19,479 nt of DNA from a bacterium (lineage in GTDB: Bacteria > DUMJ01), in the NCBI GenBank assembly GCA_049970495.1, contig JBMFMV010000037.1, positions 1 to 19,479 on the forward strand. Direction: 5' to 3'. A program made the position numbers and the translations under genes. Every line of letters starts with the position of its first letter. Position 1 is the stretch's first letter. The notes below the pieces were generated by a model that was not told where the DNA came from, searched no databases, and worked only from the letters and a program-made list of their open reading frames with translations. Below are positions 7,189 through 16,209 of this stretch, piece by piece.

Positions 7189-10100
7189 TGTATAGAGTAA
7201 ATAGTATAACAGATAGCACCCTTATATTAGAGGGGGACGGAAAGATTATTACATTTTCCCTTATTGGAGGAGAGATTATTAGACTCAAAGTCTTAGAGGA
7301 AGGAATAGATGAGTCTAATGAATTCAAGGTGGCTGAGGAAAAAACTCCAAGTAAAATCAAAATCTCTAATATCTCTGAGAATAAGCTTAAGATCTCTTTA
7401 GATTCTACTGAGGTGTCTATAACTCTTAATCCACTCTCCTTTAAGGTTTATAAAGAAGGGAAAGAGAGATTTTCTACAGATGATACCGTATTTATAGATA
7501 AGAGAAGCGAAGAAACAATCTTTAGATTTAACCTAACATCCGAAGAAAGAATCTACGGTTTAGGGCAAGACCATATGGCAGATCTTAACCAGAGAGGGAA
7601 GGAACGTAGATGCTGGCATCAGTGGAATGGATTCAGAAGAAGTGGAAATGACTCTGTTCCCTTCTTATTATCCTCAGAGAACTATGGACTTTTCTTGGAT
7701 ACTAGCTGGCCTGTAAGATTTAATATAGGTGGAGATAAAGTACCTGACAAGAATACTGGCAATGAATGGGCTCCGTCTCCTTGGAATTGGGATTTACCAA
7801 GTGGAGAGGGAAATCCCAATAAGCTTGTAGTTCTATTATACGGTTCTAAGATAGCGGATTTTTACATAATCTTAGGAGAAGACTTCAACAAGATAATAAG
7901 AAATTACTATGAGATTACAGGGATTCCTAGATTACTCCCTAGATGGGCTTATGGATTCATACAGTGTAAGAATAGGTACAGAAGTGAAGAGGAACTACTT
8001 AGATTAGGTAAAAAGTTTAGAGAAAGAGGAATTCCTGGAGATGTACTGGTTATAGATTGGCTATGGTTTAAGGAATTTGGAGATTTAGAGTGGAACAGGG
8101 ACTACTGGCCACATCCAGAAAGAACATTTGAGGAGCTGACAAAACTTGGATTCAAGATTATGCAGGCACAACATCCATTTATAGATAGAAAATCTTTAAA
8201 GTATGAGATCTTTAAAGAAAAGGGATATTTAAATATTGTTCCTCCTGATGCTAGACCAACATTTGACCATTCAAACCCGGAAGCTAGAAAAGGTTGGTGG
8301 GAAGAGATAAAGAAGCTTTATCAAACTGGTATTAGAGGCTATTGGACAGATATGGGGGAGATAGAAGAGCATAAGCCTGGAACAATGAGTTATCTTGGAC
8401 CTAGAGAAAAAGTTCATAACATCTACACATTACTCTGGACAAGGGGATTATATGAAAATCAGAGAGAAACATTTGGAACAAGGAGCTTTTCTCTAGCTAG
8501 GACATTTTGGTGCGGAATACATAAATATGGTACTGCAATGTGGTCTGGAGACATAAACTCCAGTTGGGAAGTCTTAAAAGACCAGGTCGTCATAGGGCAA
8601 GATGTAACTTTAACCGGCATGCCTTATTGGTGTACAGACATTGGTGGATTTTTCTTCCATCCAGAATTTACCTCTGAGTTATACACAAGATGGTTTCAGT
8701 GGGGGACATTTTGTCCAATATTTAGGACTCATGGAACTAGACCGGAAAATGAACCATGGTCGTTTGGTAAAGACACAGAAGAGATACTCAAGAAGTTTAT
8801 TAGGCTTAGGTATAGACTTATGCCATATATCTACAGCCTAGCTTATAATGTATCTACAGGCAAGCAGATGATGAGGGCTATGGTAGTTGATTATCCAGAT
8901 GATAAAAATGCTTATGAGAGTAAATATCAATTTATGTTTGGAGATATATTAGTATCCCCTGTGATAGAGAGAAATGCTAGAATAAAGGAAACCTATCTAC
9001 CTGAAGGTTATTGGTATGATTTTTGGACTGGGAAAAGATATAGAGGTAAGAGATTTCTTAAGACACCAGTACCAATAGACCGAATCCCTCTATTTGTAAG
9101 GAATTCCTCCATAATTCCTATGAACACTCAAGATGTTATGTATGCCGATGAAAAGCCACTAAAAGAATTAGATATCAACATTTATACCCCTATAAATGGA
9201 GAATTTGAAATCTATGAAGATGATGGAGCTACATACAGTTATGAGGATGGTAGTTTTGTAAAGACTAAAATCTCCGCCTATGAGACAGAAAACCAGATAA
9301 AGATAGTTATTTCTAGTTATGGCAAAGAATTCCCTGGTTTTGAAAGGGATAAGATACTTAATCTATACGTCTACGGGATAAATGGGAAAAACGTAAAGGT
9401 AAAAGATAAACTGGTAGATTTCGAAAATAAAGATAACACATTAAAGATAAAGGGCATAGGTTATCACTTTGGAGATACTGTAAATATAGTGATAGAAAAA
9501 ACTGAAGCACCAATCTTAGAAGAGGATAAATTGGAGGTCTTTATAGATGGACTAGATAAGGGACAGGACGGAATTATAAAGATTAACATCTTAATAGTAA
9601 ATGGTAATTCTGCACCTGCAAGAAATATTTATTTTGAAATAGATAAACCTAAAGGATGGTCAGTAGTATCTTCAGATTTACCAACCGGTCATGCCAATCT
9701 CTTTTATCCTGAAGGGAAACTAGCATTAAATCCGGGAGATATAGTCCAAAAGGAATTAGTTCTTTCTCCAATAGGGATATCAATATTTCCATACGAAGAT
9801 ATCACTATAAAGGCTAAGATTGAGACAAAAGGTGAGGTTGAAGAAAAGACATTTAAAGTAAATCTTAGAGAAGGCAACATAACATCTTGGAAGGTTATAG
9901 GACCATTTGATAGTGAGATAAAAGATATAGAAGAAGACCCAGAGAAGATAGAATACTTAATAGGGGATAAAACCTGGAGATGGACTTCAGGAATTAAATA
10001 CACAGTTGAGCCATTTGGCTATCTTGATCTTTTAAAATTCTCTAGGGATATATTGGGTGAAGGCATTACTAAAGGAACTTCCTATGCTAAAACAGAGATC

Positions 10101-10355
10101 TATTCAGATAAAGATAAAAATATAAGATGCTCTCTCTACGGAGAAGGAAGACTGGAGATAATGGTAAATGGAATCTTTGCATATAAGGGTGATGGTATCG
10201 TGTATGAAGATGAGATTAATATACCACTTAAAAAGGGTATAAATAAGATACTAGTCAAAGTATCATTTGACTTTCCTAAACCCTATAGTGGAAGGGAATT
10301 TGGATTTAGACTGAAACTCTTAGAACCAATAGACGGGATATTCTTTCTAGATTAA
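7188..10355 (+). CDS. Glycoside hydrolase family 31 enzyme with long C-terminal extension
   Basis: IYGLGQ, LPRWAYG, nucleophile motif YWTDMGE (Asp codon 8349), acid/base WSGD (Asp codon 8550), TDIGGF, RWFQWG, LRYRLMPYIY, YEDDG. ATG at 7188 overlaps the kinase stop (TGATG) and has GGGAG upstream, so it is preferred over TTG 7185. No signal peptide seen. Confidence 0.93.
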   Translation: MYRVNSITDSTLILEGDGKIITFSLIGGEIIRLKVLEEGIDESNEFKVAEEKTPSKIKISNISENKLKISLDSTEVSITLNPLSFKVYKEGKERFSTDDTVFIDKRSEETIFRFNLTSEERIYGLGQDHMADLNQRGKERRCWHQWNGFRRSGNDSVPFLLSSENYGLFLDTSWPVRFNIGGDKVPDKNTGNEWAPSPWNWDLPSGEGNPNKLVVLLYGSKIADFYIILGEDFNKIIRNYYEITGIPRLLPRWAYGFIQCKNRYRSEEELLRLGKKFRERGIPGDVLVIDWLWFKEFGDLEWNRDYWPHPERTFEELTKLGFKIMQAQHPFIDRKSLKYEIFKEKGYLNIVPPDARPTFDHSNPEARKGWWEEIKKLYQTGIRGYWTDMGEIEEHKPGTMSYLGPREKVHNIYTLLWTRGLYENQRETFGTRSFSLARTFWCGIHKYGTAMWSGDINSSWEVLKDQVVIGQDVTLTGMPYWCTDIGGFFFHPEFTSELYTRWFQWGTFCPIFRTHGTRPENEPWSFGKDTEEILKKFIRLRYRLMPYIYSLAYNVSTGKQMMRAMVVDYPDDKNAYESKYQFMFGDILVSPVIERNARIKETYLPEGYWYDFWTGKRYRGKRFLKTPVPIDRIPLFVRNSSIIPMNTQDVMYADEKPLKELDINIYTPINGEFEIYEDDGATYSYEDGSFVKTKISAYETENQIKIVISSYGKEFPGFERDKILNLYVYGINGKNVKVKDKLVDFENKDNTLKIKGIGYHFGDTVNIVIEKTEAPILEEDKLEVFIDGLDKGQDGIIKINILIVNGNSAPARNIYFEIDKPKGWSVVSSDLPTGHANLFYPEGKLALNPGDIVQKELVLSPIGISIFPYEDITIKAKIETKGEVEEKTFKVNLREGNITSWKVIGPFDSEIKDIEEDPEKIEYLIGDKTWRWTSGIKYTVEPFGYLDLLKFSRDILGEGITKGTSYAKTEIYSDKDKNIRCSLYGEGRLEIMVNGIFAYKGDGIVYEDEINIPLKKGINKILVKVSFDFPKPYSGREFGFRLKLLEPIDGIFFLD

Positions 10356-10396
10356 AGAATATACTCTTAAGTTTTGAGGCTATAGACATCAAAATT

Positions 10397-10425
10397 TTGT
10401 ATATTAGGTATTTTTATGTTAAAAT
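10397..10425 (+). promoter_or_regulatory. sigma70/sigmaA promoter of the rpsO-pnp block
   Basis: TTGTAT (10397-10402), 17-bp spacer, TAAAAT (10420-10425) with extended TG at 10417-10418. Confidence 0.65.
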
Positions 10426-10464
10426 GAAAAATAAAAAGACTACCATACGGAGGTGAATATAGAT

Positions 10465-10734
10465 TTGAGCCTTAGCAAAGAGGAAAAATTAGAAGTTATT
10501 AGTAAATACCAGCTACATGAAAAGGATACAGGCTCTATAGAAGTACAGATAGCACTTTTATCAGAAAGAATAAATAGGTTGACTGAGCATCTAAAGGTCC
10601 ACAAGAAGGATTTTCATTCGAGACGTGGACTTCTTATGATGGTAGGTCATAGGAGGAGACTCTTAGAGTATCTCCGTAGAAAGAATATAGACAAATATCA
10701 AGAGCTAGTGAAGGAGTTGGGACTTAGAGCGTAA
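10465..10734 (+). CDS. rpsO: 30S ribosomal protein S15
   Basis: [44 protein letters not shown] at 10465 gives the typical 89 aa; the ORF-track GTG at 10453 is part of the RBS GGAGGTG. Confidence 0.97.
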   Translation: MSLSKEEKLEVISKYQLHEKDTGSIEVQIALLSERINRLTEHLKVHKKDFHSRRGLLMMVGHRRRLLEYLRRKNIDKYQELVKELGLRA

Positions 10735-10739
10735 AGACT

Positions 10740-12902
10740 ATGGTAAGACTAGAAAGGGAATTTTTAGGGAGAAAATTATTTTTAGAAACAGGAAGATTAG
10801 CCAAACAGGCTACTTCTTCTGTATTAGTAGGCTACGGAGATAGTGTTGTCTTGGTCACTGTAGTTATATCTGATGAGCCAGAAGAAGAGGCAGATTTTCT
10901 ACCTTTAACGGTAGACTTTGAAGACAGATTTTATGCTGCTGGTAAAATTCCAGGTGGATTCATTAAGAGGGAGGGAAGACCTTCTGAAAGAGCTATTTTG
11001 AATGCAAGAATAGTGGATAGACCAATAAGACCTCTCTTCCCGGAAGGTTTCTTTCATAGTGTTCAGATTATTATTACTACACTTTCTACCGACCAGGAGA
11101 ATCCGCCAGAGTTATTAGGCCTTTGGGGAGCATCTTCTGCACTCTGTCTTACAGGGGCCCCATTTAACGGGCCTATAGGTGCAGTCAAAGTTGGCTTAAT
11201 AGACGGAAAATTTGTCTTTAACCCCTTCCTATCTCAGTTAGAAAAGAGTGACCTAGACTTATTAGTTGTTGGGACAAGGGATAATATAGTTATGATAGAG
11301 ACACAGGCAAATGAAATCCCAGAAGACAAGTATGTAGAAGCCTTATACTGTGCTATGGATTATATTAGAGAGAATATCTCTCTCCAAGAAGAGTTTATTA
11401 ATATGGCGAAACAAGAGATTACAACATCTAATAGCTACACTATCATCCAACCAGACCCAGAGTTAGTAGACTTTATAAGAAGAACAACCTATGATAGGAT
11501 TAATGAGATACTTAGGATAAAAGTCAAAAAGGAAAGAGAAGCTAGAATGTCTAAAGAGCCTTCTGAACTTATAGAAAAAGCACTTCTAGAGATGGGGGAA
11601 GAGGGAATAACTCTTAAGGAAAAGCTTGAGTCTAATCCTGTCATGGTCAAGATGATCTTTAAGGCTATGGAGAGAGATATATTAGAACGTATTGTCCTTG
11701 ATGAACGTAGTAGGGCTGATGGGAGATCATTTAATCAGCTCAGGCCTATTTCGTGCGAGGTAGGACTTCTCCCTAGAACTCATGGTAGTGCTATATTTAC
11801 TAGAGGAGAGACACAGGTATTAACAGTAGTAACTCTTGGTTCTAAAGGAGAAGAACAGATAATAGATGACCTAGGTATAGAAGAGAGTAAAAGATATATG
11901 CATCACTATAACTTCCCTCCCTACTCTGTGGGGGAAATAAGACCACTCAGAGGTCCGGGAAGAAGAGAGATAGGTCATGGTGCTCTAGCAGAAAAAGCTT
12001 TAATCCCTGTCATTCCTAGCGAAGAGGATTTTCCTTACACAATTAGAGTGGTCTCAGATGTCTTAGAGTCCAATGGTTCCACTTCAATGGCAAGTACATG
12101 TGGAAGTACTTTAGCACTTATGGATGCTGGTGTTCCTATAAAGGCTCCAGTAGCTGGTATAGCAATTGGGCTTGTATCTAGAAATGATGATGAATGGGTT
12201 ACTCTTACTGATATCCAAGGGCTAGAAGACGCGTACGGAGAAATGGATTTTAAAGTAGCTGGAACTAAAAAAGGTATTACTGCTGTTCAGCTTGATACAA
12301 AGAGAATTAATGGGATTCCTATATATATGCTCGAAAAAGCTTTACAGCAAGCTAGAGAGGCAAGAGAAATTATAATAGATAAGATCTTAGAGACAATCCC
12401 TGCACCAAGAATAACCCTTTCCCCCTATGCTCCAAGAATATTTACTCTAACTGTATCTCCAGATAAGATTGGTGACATTATAGGTCCAGGAGGAAAGGTT
12501 ATAAAGAAGATAATCGAGGAAACAGATGTAAAAATAGATATAGAGCAGGATGGAAGGATATATATTTATTCTTCAGACGAGAGCTCTGGTAAGATAGCTA
12601 AAAGCAAGATAGAGGAAATAGCTAGAGAGGTAGAGGCAGGACAAATTTATGAAGGTAAAGTTACTAGGGTCACTGATTATGGTATCTTTGTAGAGATTCT
12701 ACCCGGTAAAGAAGGATTATTACATATCTCTCAGATGGAGAGATTAAAAGGACCTATAAATAAGGTCTTTAAGCCTGGAGATAGTGTCTTAGTCAAGGTC
12801 TATGAAATAGATAACTTAGGAAGAATAAGTCTTACTAGAAAGGGATTAGTACCAGCCGAAAAAGAAGAGGCTAGGAGGGTTATAGATCAACGTCGGAAGT
12901 AA
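10740..12902 (+). CDS. pnp: Polyribonucleotide nucleotidyltransferase (PNPase)
   Basis: GKIPGGFIKREGRP, DRPIRPLFP, RREIGHGALA, ESNGSTSMA, MDFKVAGT, KH motif IIGPGGKVIK, C-terminal S1 domain. Confidence 0.98.
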   Translation: MVRLEREFLGRKLFLETGRLAKQATSSVLVGYGDSVVLVTVVISDEPEEEADFLPLTVDFEDRFYAAGKIPGGFIKREGRPSERAILNARIVDRPIRPLFPEGFFHSVQIIITTLSTDQENPPELLGLWGASSALCLTGAPFNGPIGAVKVGLIDGKFVFNPFLSQLEKSDLDLLVVGTRDNIVMIETQANEIPEDKYVEALYCAMDYIRENISLQEEFINMAKQEITTSNSYTIIQPDPELVDFIRRTTYDRINEILRIKVKKEREARMSKEPSELIEKALLEMGEEGITLKEKLESNPVMVKMIFKAMERDILERIVLDERSRADGRSFNQLRPISCEVGLLPRTHGSAIFTRGETQVLTVVTLGSKGEEQIIDDLGIEESKRYMHHYNFPPYSVGEIRPLRGPGRREIGHGALAEKALIPVIPSEEDFPYTIRVVSDVLESNGSTSMASTCGSTLALMDAGVPIKAPVAGIAIGLVSRNDDEWVTLTDIQGLEDAYGEMDFKVAGTKKGITAVQLDTKRINGIPIYMLEKALQQAREAREIIIDKILETIPAPRITLSPYAPRIFTLTVSPDKIGDIIGPGGKVIKKIIEETDVKIDIEQDGRIYIYSSDESSGKIAKSKIEEIAREVEAGQIYEGKVTRVTDYGIFVEILPGKEGLLHISQMERLKGPINKVFKPGDSVLVKVYEIDNLGRISLTRKGLVPAEKEEARRVIDQRRK

Positions 12903-14137
12903 TCCTGCTAGATAGGGTCCAAGAAGCTAAATCGGTAAGTATAGGCTTTTGGTATTTTACCGGTTCACGGATAGAGAGGGACGGAGAGAAGGGTTATTCC
13001 CATCTTATAGAGCATTTGATATTTCAGGGAACTGAAGATAAAGATGCAAAAGCTCTGGCATTAGCTTTTGATAAGCTAGGTACAGAGGCTAATGCTTTCA
13101 CTGAAAGAGATAGTACATGTTTTTACGTAAAGGTCTTAAAGAAATATGCTCTATCTGCTATTGATCTATTGGCTCAGATGTTAAGTTATCCAGCTTTTAG
13201 GGAGAAGGATGTAGAAAAAGAGAAAAGGATTGTGATTGAGGAGTTTAAGTCGTATATGGATAATCCTGAACAGAAGATTCATGATATGGGTCTTAGAGCT
13301 ATATGGGGGGATCATCCGTTAACCTACTCTCCACTTGGTAAGATAGATGACTTAGTCAATGCTGATCCAGATAAACTCAGCCTATTTTGGAAAGAAAATT
13401 ACACATCTGACAAACTCCTCATAGCCATAGCTGGAGATATAGATGAAAGAGATGTAAAAGAGGTAATCTCTCAGTATCCTCTTATCAAAAGAGAGGCGGT
13501 AAATACCAGAAATTCTTCTACACCCTCATTAGACCCAATTCTTGTTAGTGAGGATGAAGATACAGAGATCACCCATATAATTCTTGTAGGGCCTGGAGTA
13601 TCCTACAGTGAACCGTATCTCTATCCTGCAAGTGCATTGACAGTTATTCTGTCAAATAGTATGGGAGCTAGACTCTTTCAAAAGATAAGAGAAGAAAGAG
13701 GTTTAGCTTACTCTCTATATTCCTATCTACTCTCCTTTAAAGATACAGGAGCCTTCGCCTCATACGTTGGTACTGGAAGCAACTCAGATGAGGAAGTCCT
13801 TAGGATTATATTAGAAGAGTATAGAGCACTCTGTAATAACCTTATAAGTAATGATGAGTTAGAAAGGGCAAAAGCTCATCTTTCATCAGGGATAATACTA
13901 GGAACTGAAGGCACATTTGGCAGAATGGAGTACATAGCTAAATCCTTTTACTCATATGGGAGAATTGTCCCTATAGAGGAGATACTGGCTAAGATTCAGG
14001 ATATTACACCAAAGGATATCCAAGAAACTTCTTGTAGGCTGTTTAATACCTCTCTAGGAATAGCAGTCCTAGGGAAAGAGGGTAGAAAGGTAGGGGATAG
14101 ATTGTGGAGTGTGTTAAGGTCTTACTTAAACGATTAA
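12890..14137 (+). CDS. M16 family zinc peptidase (MlpA/YmxG-like); start codon uncertain and apparently non-canonical
   Basis: Frame is open from 12875: SEVILLDRVQEAKSVSIGFWYFTGSRIERDGEKGYSHLIEHLIFQGT. HxxEH at 13001-13015, then NAFT, EKEKRIVIEE, RLFQKIREERGLAYS. The first canonical start (TTG 13016) lies after the motif. Start given here is ACG 12890; ATC 12902 is an alternative. Confidence 0.85.
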   Translation, partial: TSEVILLDRVQEAKSVSIGFWYFTGSRIERDGEKGYSHLIEHLIFQGTEDKDAKALALAFDKLGTEANAFTERDSTCFYVKVLKKYALSAIDLLAQMLSYPAFREKDVEKEKRIVIEEFKSYMDNPEQKIHDMGLRAIWGDHPLTYSPLGKIDDLVNADPDKLSLFWKENYTSDKLLIAIAGDIDERDVKEVISQYPLIKREAVNTRNSSTPSLDPILVSEDEDTEITHIILVGPGVSYSEPYLYPASALTVILSNSMGARLFQKIREERGLAYSLYSYLLSFKDTGAFASYVGTGSNSDEEVLRIILEEYRALCNNLISNDELERAKAHLSSGIILGTEGTFGRMEYIAKSFYSYGRIVPIEEILAKIQDITPKDIQETSCRLFNTSLGIAVLGKEGRKVGDRLWSVLRSYLND

Positions 14138-14544
14138 ATTCTAATAGTATTATCCCTACTTATATGACAAAAGGCTCTTCAGGAATGGATCTCTATTCCG
14201 CAGAGGAAAAGATTATTCTCCCGGGGAAATGGGAAGTTATATCTACTGGTATAGCAGTCGAAATTCCTTACGGGTATGAGGGAGAAGTGAGGTCTAGGAG
14301 TGGACTTGCCAAGAATCATGGAGTCTTTGTATTGAATAGCCCTGGCACAATAGATAGTGATTATAGAGGTGAGATAAAGGTTATACTTATGAATCTTGGG
14401 GATGAACCATTTAAGGTAAATATCGGAGACAGGATTGCTCAGCTAGTTATAAGTCCTATCACTCGTGTAGAAGTCTTTGAAGTTGAAGAGCTCTCTAGTA
14501 CAGAGAGGAATGATGGAGGTTTTGGCCATACTGGTAGGAGGTAA
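14104..14544 (+). CDS. dut: dUTP diphosphatase (trimeric)
   Basis: All five motifs present: SGMDL, RSGLA, GTIDSDYRGEI, GDRIAQL, RNDGGFGHTG. Confidence 0.96.
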   Translation: MECVKVLLKRLNSNSIIPTYMTKGSSGMDLYSAEEKIILPGKWEVISTGIAVEIPYGYEGEVRSRSGLAKNHGVFVLNSPGTIDSDYRGEIKVILMNLGDEPFKVNIGDRIAQLVISPITRVEVFEVEELSSTERNDGGFGHTGRR

Positions 14545-14549
14545 AAACT

Positions 14550-15320
14550 ATGATTAGGGTAATTGTATGTGGTGCTTATGGTAGAATGGGGCAAGAAGTT
14601 ATAAAGGCTGTTTCTAAAGAAGATGATATGGAGGTAGTTGGAGGGGTAGATGTAAGGGGTGTTGGGGAGAATGTTTTTGGGATAATTATAAGAGATAATT
14701 TGGAAACTCTTATAAAAGACACTAATCCTTCTGCTATCGTTGACTTTACCAGAAGAGAGGCAGCTATAGAGGATATAAAAATAGGAGTCAAGAATAATAT
14801 ACCTGTGATAGTTGGAACTACAGGATTCTCTCAAGGAGATTTAGAAGAATTAAAAAGATTTATAGATGCTAATAATGGTAGAGTTCTCATAGCCCCAAAT
14901 TTTGCTATAGGGGCTGTTTTAATGATCAAATGTGCAGAACTGATAGCCCCATTTATGGACAATGTCGAGATTATAGAGTTACACCATGACGGAAAACCAG
15001 ATTCGCCTTCTGGAACATCTATAGCTACAGCAAAAGCCATTTCAGAAAAGAAGCAGTTCAAACCAGCGTTATATTCATCTGAAGCTAGAGGAAAGACTAT
15101 AGAGGGAATAAATATACACAGTGTAAGATTACCTGGTTTGGTTGCTCATCAAGAGGTTATATTTGGTGCACTAGGGCAGACATTAACTATAAGACACGAC
15201 TCTATCTCTAGAGAATCTTTTATGCCAGGAGTTATTTATGCCTTAAGGAACATAAATAAGATTAATGGTCTAGTGTATGGTTTGGATAAATTACTTTTTC
15301 CAGGAGGGTTGGTGATATAA
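14550..15320 (+). CDS. dapB: 4-hydroxy-tetrahydrodipicolinate reductase
   Basis: GAYGRMG, VDFT, VGTTG, APNFAIG, IIELHHDGKPDSPSGT. RBS AGGAGG. Confidence 0.97.
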   Translation: MIRVIVCGAYGRMGQEVIKAVSKEDDMEVVGGVDVRGVGENVFGIIIRDNLETLIKDTNPSAIVDFTRREAAIEDIKIGVKNNIPVIVGTTGFSQGDLEELKRFIDANNGRVLIAPNFAIGAVLMIKCAELIAPFMDNVEIIELHHDGKPDSPSGTSIATAKAISEKKQFKPALYSSEARGKTIEGINIHSVRLPGLVAHQEVIFGALGQTLTIRHDSISRESFMPGVIYALRNINKINGLVYGLDKLLFPGGLVI

Positions 15321-15323
15321 GTT

Positions 15324-16205
15324 ATGTTTGGAAGGCTTATTACTGCAATGGCAACTCCTTTTAAAGAGGATTATTCTCTAGATCTAAAGAGGGCTTGTGA
15401 ATTAGCAGAAAAGCTTGTTGCAGAAGGATCTGATGGAGTACTAGTTGCTGGAACTACAGGAGAATCTCCTACCCTTTCTCATGAGGAAAAGCTAGAGTTA
15501 TTTAAAGCCGTAAAAGACGCCATAAATGGGAAAGCCAGTGTAATAGCTGGGACTGGCAACTATAATACTAAAGAGAGTGTAGAGCTTACAAAGTCCGCTG
15601 AAGAGATTGGAGTGGATGGGATTCTTCTCGTTGCCCCTTACTATAATAAACCCCCTCAAGACGGTCTATACACCCATTTTAAGGCTATAGCTCAGGCTAC
15701 TAAGCTTCCCGTTATCCTTTATAATATACCCTCTAGAACAGGAGTTAATATTTCTCCTGCAACGGTTATTAAGCTTGCTAATGAAGTAAAAAATATAGTT
15801 GCAATAAAAGAGGCAAGTCAGAGTACTGACCAAGCAGTAGAGATACTAAGGGGAATAAATAGGGATGACTTTGTAATATACAGCGGAGATGACTCATTCA
15901 CTATGCCATTACTTGGCGTGGGAGGATATGGAGTTATAAGTGTAGCAAGTCACATAGTTGGTAAAGAGATAAAAGAGATGATGAATAGTTTTGTCTCTGG
16001 GGATGTAAATAAGGCGATTCAGATAAACAAGAGACTATTCCCTCTATTCAAAGCCCTTTTTGTCACGACAAATCCTATACCTCTAAAAGAAGCAATGAAA
16101 TTAGTAGGATTTGATATAGGACCACCTAGATTACCTTTAGTAAGAGCTGGAGAAAAGGAGATTAGCATAATAAGAGAAGCACTGAAACAGCTAGAACTTA
16201 TATAA
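15324..16205 (+). CDS. dapA: 4-hydroxy-tetrahydrodipicolinate synthase
   Basis: GTTGESPTL, PYYNKP, LYNIPSRTG, AIKEAS, YSGDD, NPIP. Confidence 0.97.
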   Translation: MFGRLITAMATPFKEDYSLDLKRACELAEKLVAEGSDGVLVAGTTGESPTLSHEEKLELFKAVKDAINGKASVIAGTGNYNTKESVELTKSAEEIGVDGILLVAPYYNKPPQDGLYTHFKAIAQATKLPVILYNIPSRTGVNISPATVIKLANEVKNIVAIKEASQSTDQAVEILRGINRDDFVIYSGDDSFTMPLLGVGGYGVISVASHIVGKEIKEMMNSFVSGDVNKAIQINKRLFPLFKALFVTTNPIPLKEAMKLVGFDIGPPRLPLVRAGEKEISIIREALKQLELI

Positions 16206-16209
16206 CTTT

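Noticed and set aside
3822..10003. Short ORFs 3822-4040(-), 7136-7360(-), 8641-8841(+) and 9704-10003(-)
   Set aside because: They lie within well-supported genes in other frames and show no recognisable family features.
10453..10464. N-terminal extension of S15 (MNID)
   Set aside because: The GTG is part of the Shine-Dalgarno sequence; TTG 10465 gives the canonical length.
12855..12905. Programmed -1 frameshift fusing PNPase to the M16 peptidase
   Set aside because: The frames are in a -1 relation, but the A-run near 12859-12863 is upstream of the in-frame TAG at 12872 and no slippery heptamer lies in 12875-12900.
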